Source: Eledone cirrhosa
Lineage: Eukaryota
Direction: 5' to 3'
DNA length: 64,000 nucleotides
NCBI GenBank assembly: GCA_964016885.1
Contig: OZ024740.1
Coordinates: forward strand, 387,996,001 to 388,060,000
Both the position numbers and the translations under genes were made by a program. Under the pieces are notes generated by a model. It saw only the letters and a list, made by a program, of their open reading frames with translations. It searched no databases and was not told the DNA's origin. Below are positions 16,008 through 30,523 of the stretch, piece by piece. The stretch's first letter is position 1; every line of letters begins with the position of its first letter.

Positions 16008-19000
16008 TTACAGATATATACTCAGAGTAGGCCCATTCACTCGGGCCATTCTTGCTTCTCTCACCCATCTTTCAACAAAATGCTGGGAAGAGAGCACTTC
16101 CCTCTCTACTCTGATTTTCCTTTTCAAATGAAATTTGAAAAAGTCAATCAGAGCATCACCGAAGAGGTAAGTGCTCGTCTTCAGCCCTTTCAAACGTGTC
16201 CACCATACTATATCTTTCGCCATGGCCACCAGACAGATAAAAACTGCCTGCCCTTCCCGGCTAAAGGAGGAGGGCGGGGCAATCCTCACGATGGACTCAG
16301 ATGATAGCCGGATCCGTCCTAAACGCGACAGCAGGTGTTCGACATAAACCTACAAGTCAGCAATTTTCGGACACTGGACGAGTGAGTGCAGGACGGTTTC
16401 GTTGCCCTGCGCGCATCTCGGACATGCCCGGCTGACGGCACCTCCATGCCTGTAGAGTTTATCCCGAACTGGCAAGGCTCCTCGGTAGCACTGCCAGGCC
16501 AGAGATTTCTGGAAGTTGTCCATAGGCCCTGGCCCGAAAGTTCTTCCGAAGAGATTGGCTAGTTGATTTTCGTCGACGCCTAGAGTTTCCCCAAGTACGT
16601 CGTCGCTCTTCCCTTCCACTAATCCTCTATAGAACGCCGAGGTGGAGTTTCCACCGATCACATTGCCCGATTGGTCGAGGGCTGTGAGCGCCTGAAGACA
16701 TTCCAGTCTACAGGCGCTGCCTCTCGGTCTTCGCTTGACACAGGACTGTAGCTCCGTCAAGGAAACGAGCTGGGGAAATACGTGTCTAGCAAACGGCGAC
16801 CACACCTGATCACCGTCGAGGAAGAGGTGGAGATGTCGTAGCCTGAGCGCGTGCCTGCGCATCATCAGCCACGGCATGCCCAGCCCTCCATGTAGCGGGT
16901 GTTGACAACAGATGGACCGCCTGACCATCGGAGCACGTCCCTTCCACAAAAAGCGAAAGAGCAAACGCTCCAGCGCAGTCAGGCGAAGCTTAGGACAAGG
17001 TACGACGGTCAGGCGGTAGCAGATGACAGACGCGATGTACGCGTTAGCCACCTCTACTCGACCTTTCAGGGATAGCTTCTTCTCCGCCCATTTCTGGGTG
17101 AGAGAAGCCACCCTGCTCGTCACCTCGTCCCAGTTTTTGTCCGTCTGGAGGTCCGGACCGAACCAGACCCCTAGCAATTTAACCGGTCCGTCCGTCCAGC
17201 GTCCGACGACGCTGTTGGACGGCATGGACCTGCCTCTCCAGGTGCCGAGCTGCAGGCGAACTGACTTTTCCTGGTTGATCATTGCTCCTGTCACCGCTTC
17301 GTATTCTTTTAGTGTAGTACCGATCGCCTCGATGTGTTTGGCGTTCGACACCACTACGGTGACATCGTCCGCATATGCTGACACGGATCTTCCGCATCCT
17401 AGTTCGCGCGGGACTCCCCTCAACGTCTCCAGTTTGTGCAGTAATGGCTCGAGAGTCAATACGTACAAGAGGGACGAGAGGGGACATCCTTGGCGGACCG
17501 AGCGCATGATGTTGAACGGTTCCGACAGGTGACCGTTCACTCTCACCACAGAGCAGATGTCGCTGTGCATGGCAGCGATCCAGCCTCTGAAGACGGGCCC
17601 AAAGCCAGCCGCCATCAGGACTGCCGCTAGGTAACGATGGTCGACCCTATCGAAAGCTTTCGACTGATCTAAATTGATCAAGGACCCACCCGTGCCAGGT
17701 TCCTTAGCTACCCTCTCTATGATGTATCGCATGAGGTGGAGGTTGTCGTGGATGGATCTGACGGGAATGGCGCATGTCTGCGCCTCTCCCACCAGACCAC
17801 CAACGACAAGCGCCAACCTCTTTGCTAGCACCTTGGCCAAAATCTTGAACTCTGTGTTTAGCAGAGTTATGGGCCGGAAATTATCTATGTTATCCCCCTT
17901 GTTCGGATCCTTTCTCAGCAGTGCCACCGCTCCTCGGCTCACAGAACTGGGAATTCTCCCGTTCTGTTGCCAGTTGCAGTAGACGTCCGCCAAGAGGCCT
18001 CCGAACAAGTCTGGCATCTGTACGTAAAGTTCATAGGGCAGACCATCCAAACCAGGCGATTTACCCCTTGTGCAGCCAGTCATTGCCTCCCTTACTTCAG
18101 CGGCTGTTATCGGCTTTTCGCAACACTTCGCCTCAGTGGCCGAGAGCCGCGGCAGTCCGCCGAAGTAGACACTAAAGTCCATCCCTCTACCCGGCCCACC
18201 GCTGCCCCCGAACAGCTGAGCGAAGTGTCGCTGAAAAGCTTCACACATTTGCCCGGGATCGAGTAGCATGCGCCCGTCGTGGTCCACCAAAGACCGGATC
18301 GTGGCTTTGTTGCCACGACGCGCCTCCGCCACTCGGGCCCATTGAACGGCTTTTGTCCCCTCGTGTCTGAGAGCACGCACCCTAGCTCTGACAACGCAGC
18401 CTTCGTGCTTTGCATTGAAGAATTGGTCAAGGGCCAATTTCGCCGCAAGCACGTCGGTCGCAATGCCTTTGCTAAGCGCCTCGTCTAATTTTCTAACTAG
18501 TTCTCCCTCTGCTCTATTTTTCTCTATTGCTAAAGCCTTACTAAACCTAATCGATTGTATTCTAATCGCTCTTTTCAGAGCAAACCACCACTTGTTGTTG
18601 ACGATGGCCCCCGTCAACGCCCGCTTAACTAGTTCGCTAATCCGGTCTCTGTAGGCCTTGCGCGCTGGTAAGGACGCGTTTAGCTTCCAGTAGCCGGGTC
18701 CTCGTCTATGAAGCTTATCTAAGTCAAGCACACAGATCACGAATTTGTGGTCCGTGTAGCTGACTATCTTGAATTGTGGACAGCCTATGCTAGACCTATC
18801 TATTTCCCTACAAAATACTCTATCTAGATATGATCTGGATGACCCTATGCGATTTGTCCAAGTCCACATTGGCACATTCGGGAAATCTAATCGGTACCTG
18901 TCAGACAGTTCAAAACGTCTGAGCAGGTTGGTGAGGCTCTTGTACCCTCCACCCCTATCCGCTAATCCCACACATTCCCAGCGTGCATCTAAGATCCCGT

Positions 19001-19426
19001 TCCAGTCGCCCACTAACACTAAAGAGCGGGACGTTCCAAGAAAGGTCTCCAGACGCCGGAAGAAATCAACCGCCCTGCTCCTGTCGGGGCATAGACGGCC
19101 ACTAGCCTGAAAGCTTGCCGGTCTCCGCTGGTCACGTCCAGCACCACCAGCTTACCCTCTGGGTCCAGGAAGATGGCCCGTATGGCGAGATCCAAACCTC
19201 TCCGAAAAAGCACAGCAACTCCTCCACCCGATCCAGGACGGCTGGGAGATGAGTACACATCGTAGCCGCCGAAGATCGGTGCGAAGGCCCGTGCTTCGGA
19301 GATTCTGGTCTCGCTGATGGCCACTACATCTATGTTTAGTGACCTGAGGTCGTTGAGCAGGTGACTCTGCTTCCATGACGACCCCAAGCCACGCGCATTT
19401 ATGCTGCCTATTCTGAGTGAGGTCAT
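16008..19426 (-). pseudogene. Tx1 ORF2 (APE endonuclease + RT + CxxC), frameshift near 19070 and stop at 16350
   Basis: SINARGL, VVAISETR, GDWNG, SYTDHK, KSPGLDG, FRPITLLN, DQSKAFDRVDH, QGCPLS, YADDV, CPRC..ETVLH. Confidence 0.95.
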
Positions 19427-19578
19427 GTTTAAAATAGAGTGGAAAAGATGGGAAAAACCACTTACCGTACTTTTGGTAGAGGAGGGATGGTTTTTACATC
19501 CCTTTTCACTTGATCGTCTGGTGAAGGGACCGTTGAATCGTCCCTTCGGCTGGTCGTCGGCTCTTCTAAGAGAATGTC

Positions 19579-21542
19579 TCAATATACTCTTCGATTGATG
19601 GTTCCTCCTAGGTCCCTGAAATCACCAACTGCGTTGGGGAATTTCGTTTTAATGTTTGTGTATTGTTTCTGTGCTATTTTTAGCAGTCTTATGTTAGTTG
19701 GCGTTTTGATTGGTGCTGGTATTATGTAGTCCTGTTGTGAAATGTCTGTGTGTTCAATTATGTAAGTCATTAGTTTCTTGTTGTGTGTATTTATTGCCGT
19801 GCATTTGTTTTTCTGGGGGTGGGGTGTGGTTCTGCTATTTTCTTGTCGTTGTTGCTGGGTGTATGTGTTTTGTTGTTGTGTTTGCGATGTTGGTGCTTGT
19901 GGTGGTGGTGTTGAAGGTGTTGTTGGCGGTGGGGTTGTCGCCGGTGGTGATGGTGGTGCTAGTGTGGGTGGTGATGGTGTTGGTGGTGTTGCTGCTGTGG
20001 GTCTCTTTGCAGTAGACTTTACCCTTTTCTCATTTCTTTCCTCCCTTTTCAAAGGCGACGATGCGCTGCTTCTGCGTTTGTGCCTTCTTACGACCTTTTG
20101 CCATCCCTCTCCCACTCCATGTCTGATTCTGTGAGGTCGGGGAGGGGTACCAGCTCCACTCTTTCACTTGTTGTTGTTGGTGATGTTTGCACTGGAGTCT
20201 CTGTTGCAGCTGCATTTGGTATTGCTGTTGTTGTTGTTAATATTTCCACTGCTGCTGCTGTTTTTGATTTCCGTGGCGTGGGTATGGGTGCCACGGACCT
20301 ATCGTTCCTGGTTGCCGCTTGTCCTGTTGCTGGTAGCCGTGGAGCCGGATTCGGAAGGAGGGGGGTTTTCTCCTTTCTCAGGGCCTTCTCGTTGCAGAAG
20401 GCCCTGAGGTGAGTCTTCGATCCACAGCGAAAGCATTTCGGGCGTTTGCCCTCAACACTTATGGGCAGTTGAGTGCCGTTATCGAAGTCTATCACATCCG
20501 GGATAGCTTCGATGCACTCCTGGTTGTTTTGGATTAGCATCTCAATGGAGGTGCCGACCCAATCTTCTCTTACTTTTTTCTGTACTTGCAGTACAGTTGT
20601 TTTGTCCTCGATTCCGACGAGGACAGACGCGGCCAGCCAAGAAGGGGCCATTCCGGGGGGGACGTGGGTCAGTTTGACCCTCACAATTTTTTGCCCGCAG
20701 TAGGAGGGCACCAACACCATTTCCTCGCTCCTTAGGGTCACTACGGATTGGGCCTTTGCCTCCTGGGGTGTGGCAAAAAGTACGTCTACGGTGGCATATT
20801 TTTTGCCTCGGGTTGTGTGCGTTTTCCGCTGCCACACAGACCCCAAGGCTTTTTGTATTTGGGCCTCTGTGGCTCTTTCCACCCTACGGGATTTTGTACT
20901 TACTGTACGGTACGTGACCGTACAGTGCTGTTGGGTTTCGAAAAATTTTTCCGCTGCCTTGCAGATTGCTTGGTGTCCATTCTTTGTCACCATCTTCTTC
21001 GCTTCCTCTAATTCCTCATTTGTTATGAGGATTGTTTCCAAGTTTTTCGCAATACCTGCAAATGAGATTGGTTTTTCTTTGCTGCTGTTGCTGTCGTCAG
21101 AGCTTTTGTTGTTGCTGCAGGTACTACGACTACTGCCTTCGCCGCTGTTGCTGTGGTTGTTGTTGGTGTTGCTGCTGCTAATGCTGTTGTTGTTTATGTT
21201 GCTGGTGATGCTGTTGCGGCTGCTACTGTTGTTTTCATTGTCACTGTTGCTGTTGTTATTACGGCTGCTACTGCTATTATTCCTGACGTCAGACGAATGA
21301 ACTGGGTTTTCGTATTTCCCGCACACCTGTTTCGTCGCTGTCGTCGTCGTCGTGGAGAAACCTTGCACGCTTTGCACGAGACTTTTCTTTTCTTTCGTCG
21401 CTTGCGAAAGAGAAGGGAGGGAGAGAGACACATTTAAAGAAGGGAGGGAGAGAGACAATCTTCTCTCTGCTGTAGTGATGATTGAGGAAGAAGAAGACGG
21501 AATGAGTGGGAGTGACCTATGCAAATTCTTTTTCGTAGCCAT
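19579..21542 (-). pseudogene. Tx1 ORF1 (nucleic-acid-binding, CFRCGSKTHLRAFC), probable frameshift near 20110
   Basis: The 496-aa ORF overlaps the 178-aa ORF (DMEW / GEGWQKVV junction); contains Ser/Asn and Pro/Thr low-complexity tracts. Confidence 0.8.
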
Positions 21543-21774
21543 GTTGACTTTTTTGTTTAAAATAAATATTGGGTACAAAACCCCAATAAGCAGTTATTTA
21601 ACCCCGAAGGGCCAAATAACGGGCAGAAAGACTCCTCTCACGAGGAGGAGGGTGTTTTTGTCTACAAGTTGGTCTAAGTTTTAAACAATTTACAATTGTT
21701 AAAGCGTTCAAAATTTACAGTACCTTACATAGCCGAGCCTCCGTCAACCATAGCATTCAATAATAATAATAATA

Positions 21775-23240
21775 ATGATTTCTTTATTGGCCACAAGAAA
21801 AACATTACAGACGGCACAGGACGGTACAGGACAGTACGATGTGGGTTTTGTGCGTGTAAAGATTTTTTATTATTTATATAAGAAAAGAGGGCAGTGGATT
21901 GGCAGTATCGGTAGAGGGTCGGACACCATGCTTTGACGTATAGAGTTACGGCCCTTGCCATTCTGAGTTCAAATCATGCCGAGGTTAACTTTGCCTTTCA
22001 TCCTTACGGGGTCGATAAAATAAAGTACCAGTAATGCACTGGGTAATTGCTGGCCTTGTGCCTATATAAGAAACCATTATTTATATAAGAAAAGAAAAAA
22101 AAAGACAGAAACATATATATATATAAACAAAAAAAAAAATGAAAATTGAAACAATGAAAAATTCCCAATAAGGAGGAAACCTCCGAGGGTTACTCGTGGC
22201 GAAAACCACACAAAAGACCACGGCCACCCTGACCACCAGGGCAAGCGCCCTCTCTCAATTTTTCCATTTCTCAAACTACAGGCGTATATTCAGAGCGGTC
22301 CCGTTCACTCGTACCATTCTCGCTACATTCACCCACCTTTCAACAAACTTGCTAGAAGGCAGCACTTGCCTCTCCACCCTGATTTTCCTCTTCAAGTGAA
22401 ACTTGAAAAAGTTAATTAGGGATTCGCCGAAGAGGAAAGTATCTGTCTTTAACCCTTTCAACCTTATCCACCACACAATCTCTTTCGCCATGGCCACCAG
22501 GCAGATGAAAACCGCCTGCCCTTCCTCCTCGAAGGAAGACGGCGAGAACATCTGCACAATGGACTCAGTCGAAAGCCGAATCAGTCCTACACGCGACAGC
22601 AACTGTTCGACATAGTTCCACAAGTCAGCAATGCTCGGGCACTGAACGAGTGCGTGCACGACGGTTTCGTCGCTCTGCGCGCATCTCGGACAGGCTCGGC
22701 TGACGGCACTTCCGTGCCTGTAGAGCTTATCTCGAACCGGCAACGCTCCCCGTTAGCACTGCCAGGCCAGGGATTTTTGGTAGTTATCCATAGGCCCTGG
22801 TCTGAAAGTTCTCCGGAAGAGAGCAAACAGCTGATCTTCTTCGAAGCCCAGGATCTCTCCGAGAACGTCATCGCTCTTCCCCTCCACTAGTCCTCTATAG
22901 AACGCCGAGGTGGATGTTCCACCGATACTGGTGCCCAGCTGGCAGAGGGTAGTGAGCGCCCGGAGACATTCCAGTTTCCAAGCGCTATCCCTCGGTTTTT
23001 TCCTGACCCAGGACTGCAGCTCCGTCAAGGAGACGAGCTATGGGAAAACGTGCCTGGCGAACGGCGACCAGACCTGTTCACCGTCAAGGAAGCACCAGAG
23101 ATGTCGCAGCCTCAGCGCATGTTTGCGCATCATCAGCCATGACATGCCCGGTCCTTCACGCAACGGGTGTTGACAGCAGATGGATCGTCTGACCATGGGA
23201 GCGCGTCCCTTCCACAAAAAGCGGAAGAGGAGGCGCTCCA
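21775..23240 (-). mobile_element. 5'-truncated Tx1 (second subfamily), 3' UTR interrupted by a SINE
   Basis: ERLLFRFLWKGRAPMVRRS...CPRCAQSDET...; (AAT)n at both junctions. Confidence 0.92.
21886..22079 (+). mobile_element. tRNA-derived SINE
   Basis: A box TGGCAGTATCGG, B box GAGTTCAAATC; ttatttatataagaaaaga duplicated on both flanks. Confidence 0.92.
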
Positions 23241-23252
23241 TATAATAATAAT

Positions 23253-24148
23253 AATGTTGATCAGGGGATGTCCAAGGAGGAAATAACAACAAGGAGGAAG
23301 AGCAACCTTCATGAAAAATCCCTTCATAGTACCTTTTTTGAGGAAACTGAATTCAGAGATCCACAGACATGGAACTGTTTAAAAAGAGCAGACCTTAAAC
23401 AAGCTACAGAAGGAATGCTAATGGGTGCGCAAGAGCAAGCCCTCAGAACGAAGTGGGTGAAACACCATATTGACAAGGAGGAGGCTAGCCCACTGTGTAG
23501 GATATGTGAAGAGAGAGAGGAGACTGTGGCTCACATTGTATCCGAGTATAAAGACCTAGCCCAGACTCACTATAAAGGCTGGAGGCATGATGTGATAGAC
23601 AGGGTGATCCACTGGCATCTATGCAAAGTAAACAATTTACCACATTCTGAGAAGTGGTATGAGCATAAGCCAGAATTGGTGAAAGAAAACGATCAGGTGA
23701 AGGTACTATGGGATTTTAGGATACAGACGGACAAGAAATTAGAACACAATAGGCCTGACCTGGTGGTTTTGGACAAGGAAAAAAGATCGTGCCTGATTGT
23801 AGATGTAGCTTGCCCATTTGACACGAGAGTGCAAGAAAAGGAGAGGGAGAAAATTAACCGATACCAGGATTTAAAGTGGGAGTTAAAAAGGATTTGGAAT
23901 TGCCATGAAATCAAGTCTCCCGATTGTCATAGACTCACTAGGTACTATCACAAAGAGTTTCCAAGAATGGTTAAAGAAGAATAGTCCAGCTCCGCTTTTT
24001 GGAACACTTCAAAAGGCATGTTTTGCTGGGAACAGCAAGAACCCTCCGATACGTCCTGAATATCTGGGGCTGCAGGTAGTGGCCTGATATTCATTTCAAC
24101 AAACTTTCCAGTTAATTAACATCAATAACTGACTGAGACTCAAAGAAC
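23253..24148 (+). mobile_element. R4/Dong-clade LINE 3' part (CCHC + restriction-like endonuclease)
   Basis: AQEQAL, CRIC..ETVAHIVS, VLWDFRIQTD..HNRPDLVVLDK..IVDVACPFD, KY/RYQDL; lies between (AAT)n runs. Confidence 0.9.
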
Positions 24149-24171
24149 AATAATTATAATAATAATAATTA

Positions 24172-24482
24172 TTATTATTTCTACTTTTGGCACAAGGCCA
24201 GCAGTTGCCCAGTACATTACAGGTACTTTATTCTATCGACCCCGTAAAGATAAAAGGCAAAGTTAACCTCGACGGGATTTGAACTCGGACTGTAAAGGGA
24301 CGTAACTATGCTGGAAGGCATGGCGTCCGACTCTCTACCGATACTGCAAAAAAAAAAAAAAATAATAATAATAATTGTTTCTACTTTTGGCACAAGGCCA
24401 GCAATTATCCCAGTGCATTACTGGTACTTTATTTTATCGACCCCGTAAGGATGAACGGCAAAGTTAATCTAGGCGGGATTTG
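24172..24482 (-). mobile_element. Two tandem SINE copies (second truncated at the B box)
   Basis: Family sequence present twice. Confidence 0.9.
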
Positions 24483-24499
24483 AAAAAAATAATATATAA

Positions 24500-27450
24500 T
24501 GCTTTCTTTATTAACCACAAGGGTTTACATGAAGTAGACATTAAGGACAGTACAGGACAATACAGGACGGTACAAATGGGAATGTCTGCCTGTAAAAAAA
24601 ACCCAGAGAATGTAATAAAAAATAACAATGAAAAATTCACCAATAGGGGGGAGACTTCCGAGGGACGTTTATGGAGAAAGCCCATTAAAAGGCCACAGTG
24701 ACCTTGACCACCAGAGCAAGTGCCCTCTCCCAGTTTTCCACCTTTAATTTATAGACACATACTCAGAGTAGGCCCATTCACTCGGGCCATACTTGCTTCT
24801 CTCATCCATCTTTCAACAAAATGCTGGGAAGAGAGCACTTCCCTCTCTACCCTGATTTTCCTTTTCAAATGAAATTTGAAAAAGTTAATCAGGGCATCAC
24901 CGAAGAGGTAAGTGCTCGTCTTCAGCCCTTTCAAACGTGTCCACCATACTATCTCTTTCGCCATGGCCACCAGACAGATAAAAACTGCCTGCCCTTCCCG
25001 GCTAAAGGAAGAGGGCGGGGCAATCCTCACGATGGACTCAGCTGATAGCTGGATCCGTCCTACACGTGACAGCAGGTGTTCGACATAAGCCCACAAGTCA
25101 GCAATGCTCGGACACTGGACGAGTACGCGCAGGACGGTTTCCTCACCCTGCGCGCATCTCGGACATGCCCGGCTGACGTCACCTCCATGCCTCTAGAGTT
25201 TATCCCGAACTGGCAAATCTCCTCGGTAGCACTACCAGGCCAGGGATTTCTGGAAGTTGTCCATAGGCCCCGACCCGAAAGTCCTTCCGAAGAGATTGGC
25301 TAGTTGATTTTCGTCGACGCCTAGAGTTTCTCCAAGTACGTCGTCGCTCTTCCCTTCCACTAATCCTCTATAGAACGCCAAGGTTGAGTTTCCACCGATC
25401 AGATTGCCCGATTAGTCGAGGGCTGTGAGCGCCTGAAGACATTCCAGTCTCCAAGCGCTCCCTCTCGGTCTTCGCTTGACCCAGGACTGCAGCTCCGTCA
25501 AGGAGACGAGCTGGGAAAGATGTGTCTAGCAAACGGCGACCACACCTGATCACCGTCGAGGAAGAGGTGGAGATGTCGTAGCCCGAGCGCGTGTCTGCGC
25601 ATCATCAGCAACAGCATGCCCAGCCCTCCACGTAGCGGGTGTTGACAGCAGATGGAGCGCCTGACCATCGGAGCGCGTCCCTGCCACAAAAAGCGAAAGA
25701 GCAAACTCTCCAGCGCAGTCAGGCGGGGCTTAGGACAAGGTACGACGGTCAGGCGGTAGTAGATGACGGACGCGATGTACGCGTTAGCCCCCTCCGCTCG
25801 ACTTTTCAGGGATAGCTTCCTCCGCCCATTTCTGGGTGAGAGAAGCCACCCTTTTCGTCACCTCGTCCCAATTTTTGTCCGTCTGGAGGTCCGGACCGAA
25901 CCAGATCACTAGTAATTTAACCGGTCCGTCCGTCCAGCGCCCGACGACGCTGTTGGACGGCATGGACCTGCCTCTCCAGGTGCCGAGCTGCAGGCACACT
26001 GACTTTTCCTGGTTGATCATTGCTCCTGTCACCGCTTCGTATTCTCTTAGTGTAGTGCCGATCGCCTCGATGTGTTTGGCGTTCGACACCACTACGGTGA
26101 CATTGTCCGCATATGCTGACACGGATCTTCCGCATCCTAGTTCGCGCGAGACCCCCCTCAATGTCTCCAGTTTTTGCCGTAATGGCTCGAGAGTCAATAC
26201 GTACAAGAGGGACGTGAGGGGACATCCTTGGTGGACCGAGCGCATGATGTTGAACAGTTCCGAAAGGTGACCGTTCACTCTCACCACAGAGCAGATGTCG
26301 CTGTGCATGGCAGCGATCCAGCCTCTGAAGACGGGCCCAAAGCCAGCCGCCCTCAGGACTGCCGCCAGGTAACGATGGTCGACCCTATCGAAAGCTTTCG
26401 ACTGATCTAAACTGATCAAGTACCTACCCGTGCGAGGTTCCCTAACTACCCTCTCTACGATGTATCGCATGAGGTGGAGGTTGTCGTGGATGGATCTGTC
26501 GGGAATGGCGCATGTCTGCGCCTCTCCCACCAGACCACCAACGACAAGCGCCAACCTCTTTGCTAGCACCTTGGCCAAAATCTTGAACTCTGTGTTTAGC
26601 AGAGTTACGGGCCTGAAATTATCTATGTTATGCCCCTTATTCGGATCCTTTCTCAGCAGCGCCACAGCTCCTCGGCTCACAGATCTTGGAATTCTCCCGT
26701 TTTGTTGCCAGTTGCAGTAGACGTCCGCCAAGAGGCCTCCGAACAAGTCTGGCATCTGTAGGTAAATTTCATAGGGCAGACCATCCAAACCAGGCGATTT
26801 ACTCCTTGTGCAGCCAGTCATTGCCTCCCATACTTCAGCGGCTGTTATCGGCTTTTCGCAACACTCCGCCTCAGTGGCCGAGAGCTGCGGCAGTCCGCCG
26901 AGGTAGACACTAAAGTCCATCCCTCTATCTGGCCCGCCGCTGCCCGCGAACAGCTGTGCGAAGTGTCGCTGAAAAGCTTCACACATTTGCCCGGGATCGA
27001 GTAGCATGCGCCCGTCGTGGTCCACCAAAGACCGGATCGTGGCTTTGTTGCCGCGACGCGCCTCCGCCACCCGGGCCCATTGAATGGCTTTCGTCCCCTC
27101 GTGTCTGAGAGAACGCACCCTAGCTCTGACAACGCAGCCTTCGTGCTTTGCATTGAAGAATTGGTCAAGCGCCAATTTCGCCGCAAGTACGTCGGTGCGA
27201 TGCCTTTGCTAAGCGCCTCGTCTAATTTTCTAACTAGTTCTCCCTCTGCTCTATTTTTTTATATTGCTAAAGCCCTGCTAAACCTAATGGACTCTATTCT
27301 AATCGCTCTTTTCAGAGCAAACCACCACTTGTTGTTGACGATGGCCCCCGTCAACGCCCGCTTAACTAGTTCGCTAATCCGGTCTCTGTAGGCCTTGCGC
27401 GCTGTTAATGACGCGTTTAGCTTCCAGTAGCCGGGTTCCTGTCTATGAAT
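24500..27450 (-). mobile_element. 5'-truncated Tx1 copy (RT to 3' UTR), several frameshifts
   Basis: Highly similar to 15762-18710. Confidence 0.95.
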
Positions 27451-27454
27451 CCTA

Positions 27455-27520
27455 ACCGACTCTCACTCTATTGGCAAAAAATTATGAAATTATAAAACCA
27501 GAAGAACATACATACATATA
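27455..27520 (+). mobile_element. Extreme 3' end of the (CATA)n-associated R4/Dong family
   Basis: aaccgactctc..tattggcaaaa..gaaattataaaaccagaagaacatacatac. Confidence 0.75.
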
Positions 27521-27650
27521 TACATATATGTTTGATTGTATATGTGTGAAAAAGAGAGTGTGATGGAGCTTGACAGAGCGATGGAGAAGAGGAAACAAGA
27601 GAGAGGGAGAGACTGAGAGAGAGAGAGAGGGAGAGAGAGAGAGAGAGGGA

Positions 27651-27698
<48 letters not shown>

Positions 27699-28059
27699 CA
27701 GTTAGAACTATTGTGATTGCGCGGAGGAAACAGAAAAGAGAAAAATGGCAGAAAACTTTGATAACTGTGAGGAATATATACCATAAACGTGAGCGATAAA
27801 AATATTTATCAATAAATCAGATAGTGAAATAATTGTTACTTTACACATTGGTATGTCCATATACATTGGCTGTGAATTTGTACCTAGACAAAGAATAATT
27901 TACAAAGAAAGAAAAATGAAGAATGATAGCTACATAATATATCTCGTAACACGACATACAAGTCATCGTTTATATGCATACCCATACACACACACGCACA
28001 CACACACATACATGTGTACATACACGCATACATAATACATATATGCATATATACATGCA

Positions 28060-28580
28060 CGCAAGCCCCAGAGGCGAACTAGCTTACAGATTTAAAGGGT
28101 CTCTAGACAAACGAAAATTAAATATTGATAATATAAACAAAACACATATTCGATTAAAAACCCTAATTAGTAGAACATATCCTTTTGAGAAACTCTCTGC
28201 ACCGATAGAAAATGTATAGTCTGCACATTCCGCCTAGACATTAACTGCAAAACTAGGAAGTAGGATGTAGGATAAGATGTACGGAGGGGCAATGTAGGAA
28301 TAGGAACACAACTTACATTGGTGAGACAGCCTGTAGCATAGGAGAAAAGATAGATGAACACCAGCGAAAACTTCAAGATGGGAAAAACTCACCAGTTCTC
28401 CACCAACATGCCAGAATAGAACATGGTGGCACAGTAGAAAACATGGAGATAAAAATCATATCCACACACAGAAAAGATGCAATGCTCCGATAGATTACAG
28501 AAGTGATAAACATAAACGAACTCCAACCAAAACTAACCAGAAAACATGAGTGGAATATCAACAACATCACAACTAGTAAC
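28060..28580 (+). mobile_element. Degenerate PLE GIY-YIG fragment
   Basis: Manual translation: CTDRKCIVC...TTYIGETACSIGEKIDEH...SPVLHQHARIEH...R*ITEVININELQPKLTRKHEW. Confidence 0.82.
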
Positions 28581-29026
28581 TAAGGACAAAATAAAGATAT
28601 ACAGAGATACACAAGAAACAAACTAAAAAAAAACAAAACAGACACAAACAGATAGAACAAGCAACCAGCTAGTGACAAGTTAATAAATGTATAAACAAAT
28701 AACACACACACATACACACGGATATAACGCATGCGCAGTCCGAGTATACAACTCACAACTCACAGCTCACAAACACAAGATGGTGTAGGACAGAACAAAG
28801 GAGACACAAAATAACAAATTAGACACTGAGGTCACAGAATATGTGACGCAAAAGATTTGACAATAAACAAATAAACAGTCATGCGGTTATTAAGCTAACC
28901 AGCTGGAAGTTTATAATGCATTGATGTGAAAACCAACAGGTGCGTGCGTTTCTATTGGCAGTATGAACCTCCCAATATATAACAATATCTGTTTCAACAC
29001 AAATCTTGCAAAACAATTACAAAACG

Positions 29027-29273
<247 letters not shown>

Positions 29274-29286
29274 CTATATATATATA

Positions 29287-29339
<53 letters not shown>

Positions 29340-29526
29340 GAATGTTGAGAAGTGACACACTAGTTAATATTTATTTGGAAAATAAGAAAAAAATAGTAGA
29401 AAATGCTAATGGCAGTTTCTCATAGAATAACAGCAAAATATTTTTTTAAAAAGTAATTTATCTTACCGGTTTCAACCAATAATTGTTTCGGTTTGTTCAT
29501 GCGACAGGAAATATAATAAAACGTAT

Positions 29527-29716
29527 ATAATTGTTTCTACTTTTGGCACAAGGCCAGCAATTATCACAGTGTATTACTGGTACTTTATTTTATCGACCGC
29601 GTAAGGATGAAAGGCAAAGTTAACCTCGGCGGGATTTGAACTCAGACCATAAAGGGGCGTAACTCTTTGCTGCAAAGCATGGCGTCCGACCCTCTACCGA
29701 TACTGTCAATCCACCA
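29527..29716 (-). mobile_element. tRNA-derived SINE
   Basis: Family sequence. Confidence 0.9.
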
Positions 29717-29831
29717 ATGAAGGTATATATTAATTAGAAAAGAATATTAGAGATCATAGTTTACATATATATATAAAAAAAGTTCACATTTTCATTTATC
29801 TCTTTCTCCCCCCCCCCCTCTCTCTCGCCCC

Positions 29832-29879
<48 letters not shown>

Positions 29880-30087
29880 CTTGGTGGTTTGGTAGTAGTA
29901 GCAGCTGGAATAGAAGTAGGCTTCTTCCCTGTTATTGTCTAACAGGCTGGAGACTACAATTGCATCAGCATCAGCATCAGTAGCATCACCATCAGCATCA
30001 GTAGTAGTAGTAGTAGTAGTAGTAGTAGAAAGAGCAGAAGGAGAAGAAGAAGGTGTGGCAGTAATAATAGGGCTATATATATATATA

Positions 30088-30523
<436 letters not shown>

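Larger units (their letters stand above)
15762..21758 (-). mobile_element. Near full-length Tx1/L1-clade LINE (~6 kb)
   Basis: ORF1 with CCHC knuckle; ORF2 with APE, RT and zinc finger; AATAAA at the 3' end; (AAT)n on both flanks. Confidence 0.95.

Noticed and set aside
17023-18654. Plus-strand ORFs opposite Tx1 ORF2
   Set aside because: Antisense shadows of GC-rich coding sequence
28822-28862. Hammerhead-like motif behind the 28060 PLE fragment (similar case at 51690-51750)
   Set aside because: Core too degraded to call, although a stem II or stem I remnant is visible
29870-30072. Low-complexity exon- or promoter-like segment with an acceptor-like site
   Set aside because: Mostly trinucleotide repeats; no donor or recognisable product
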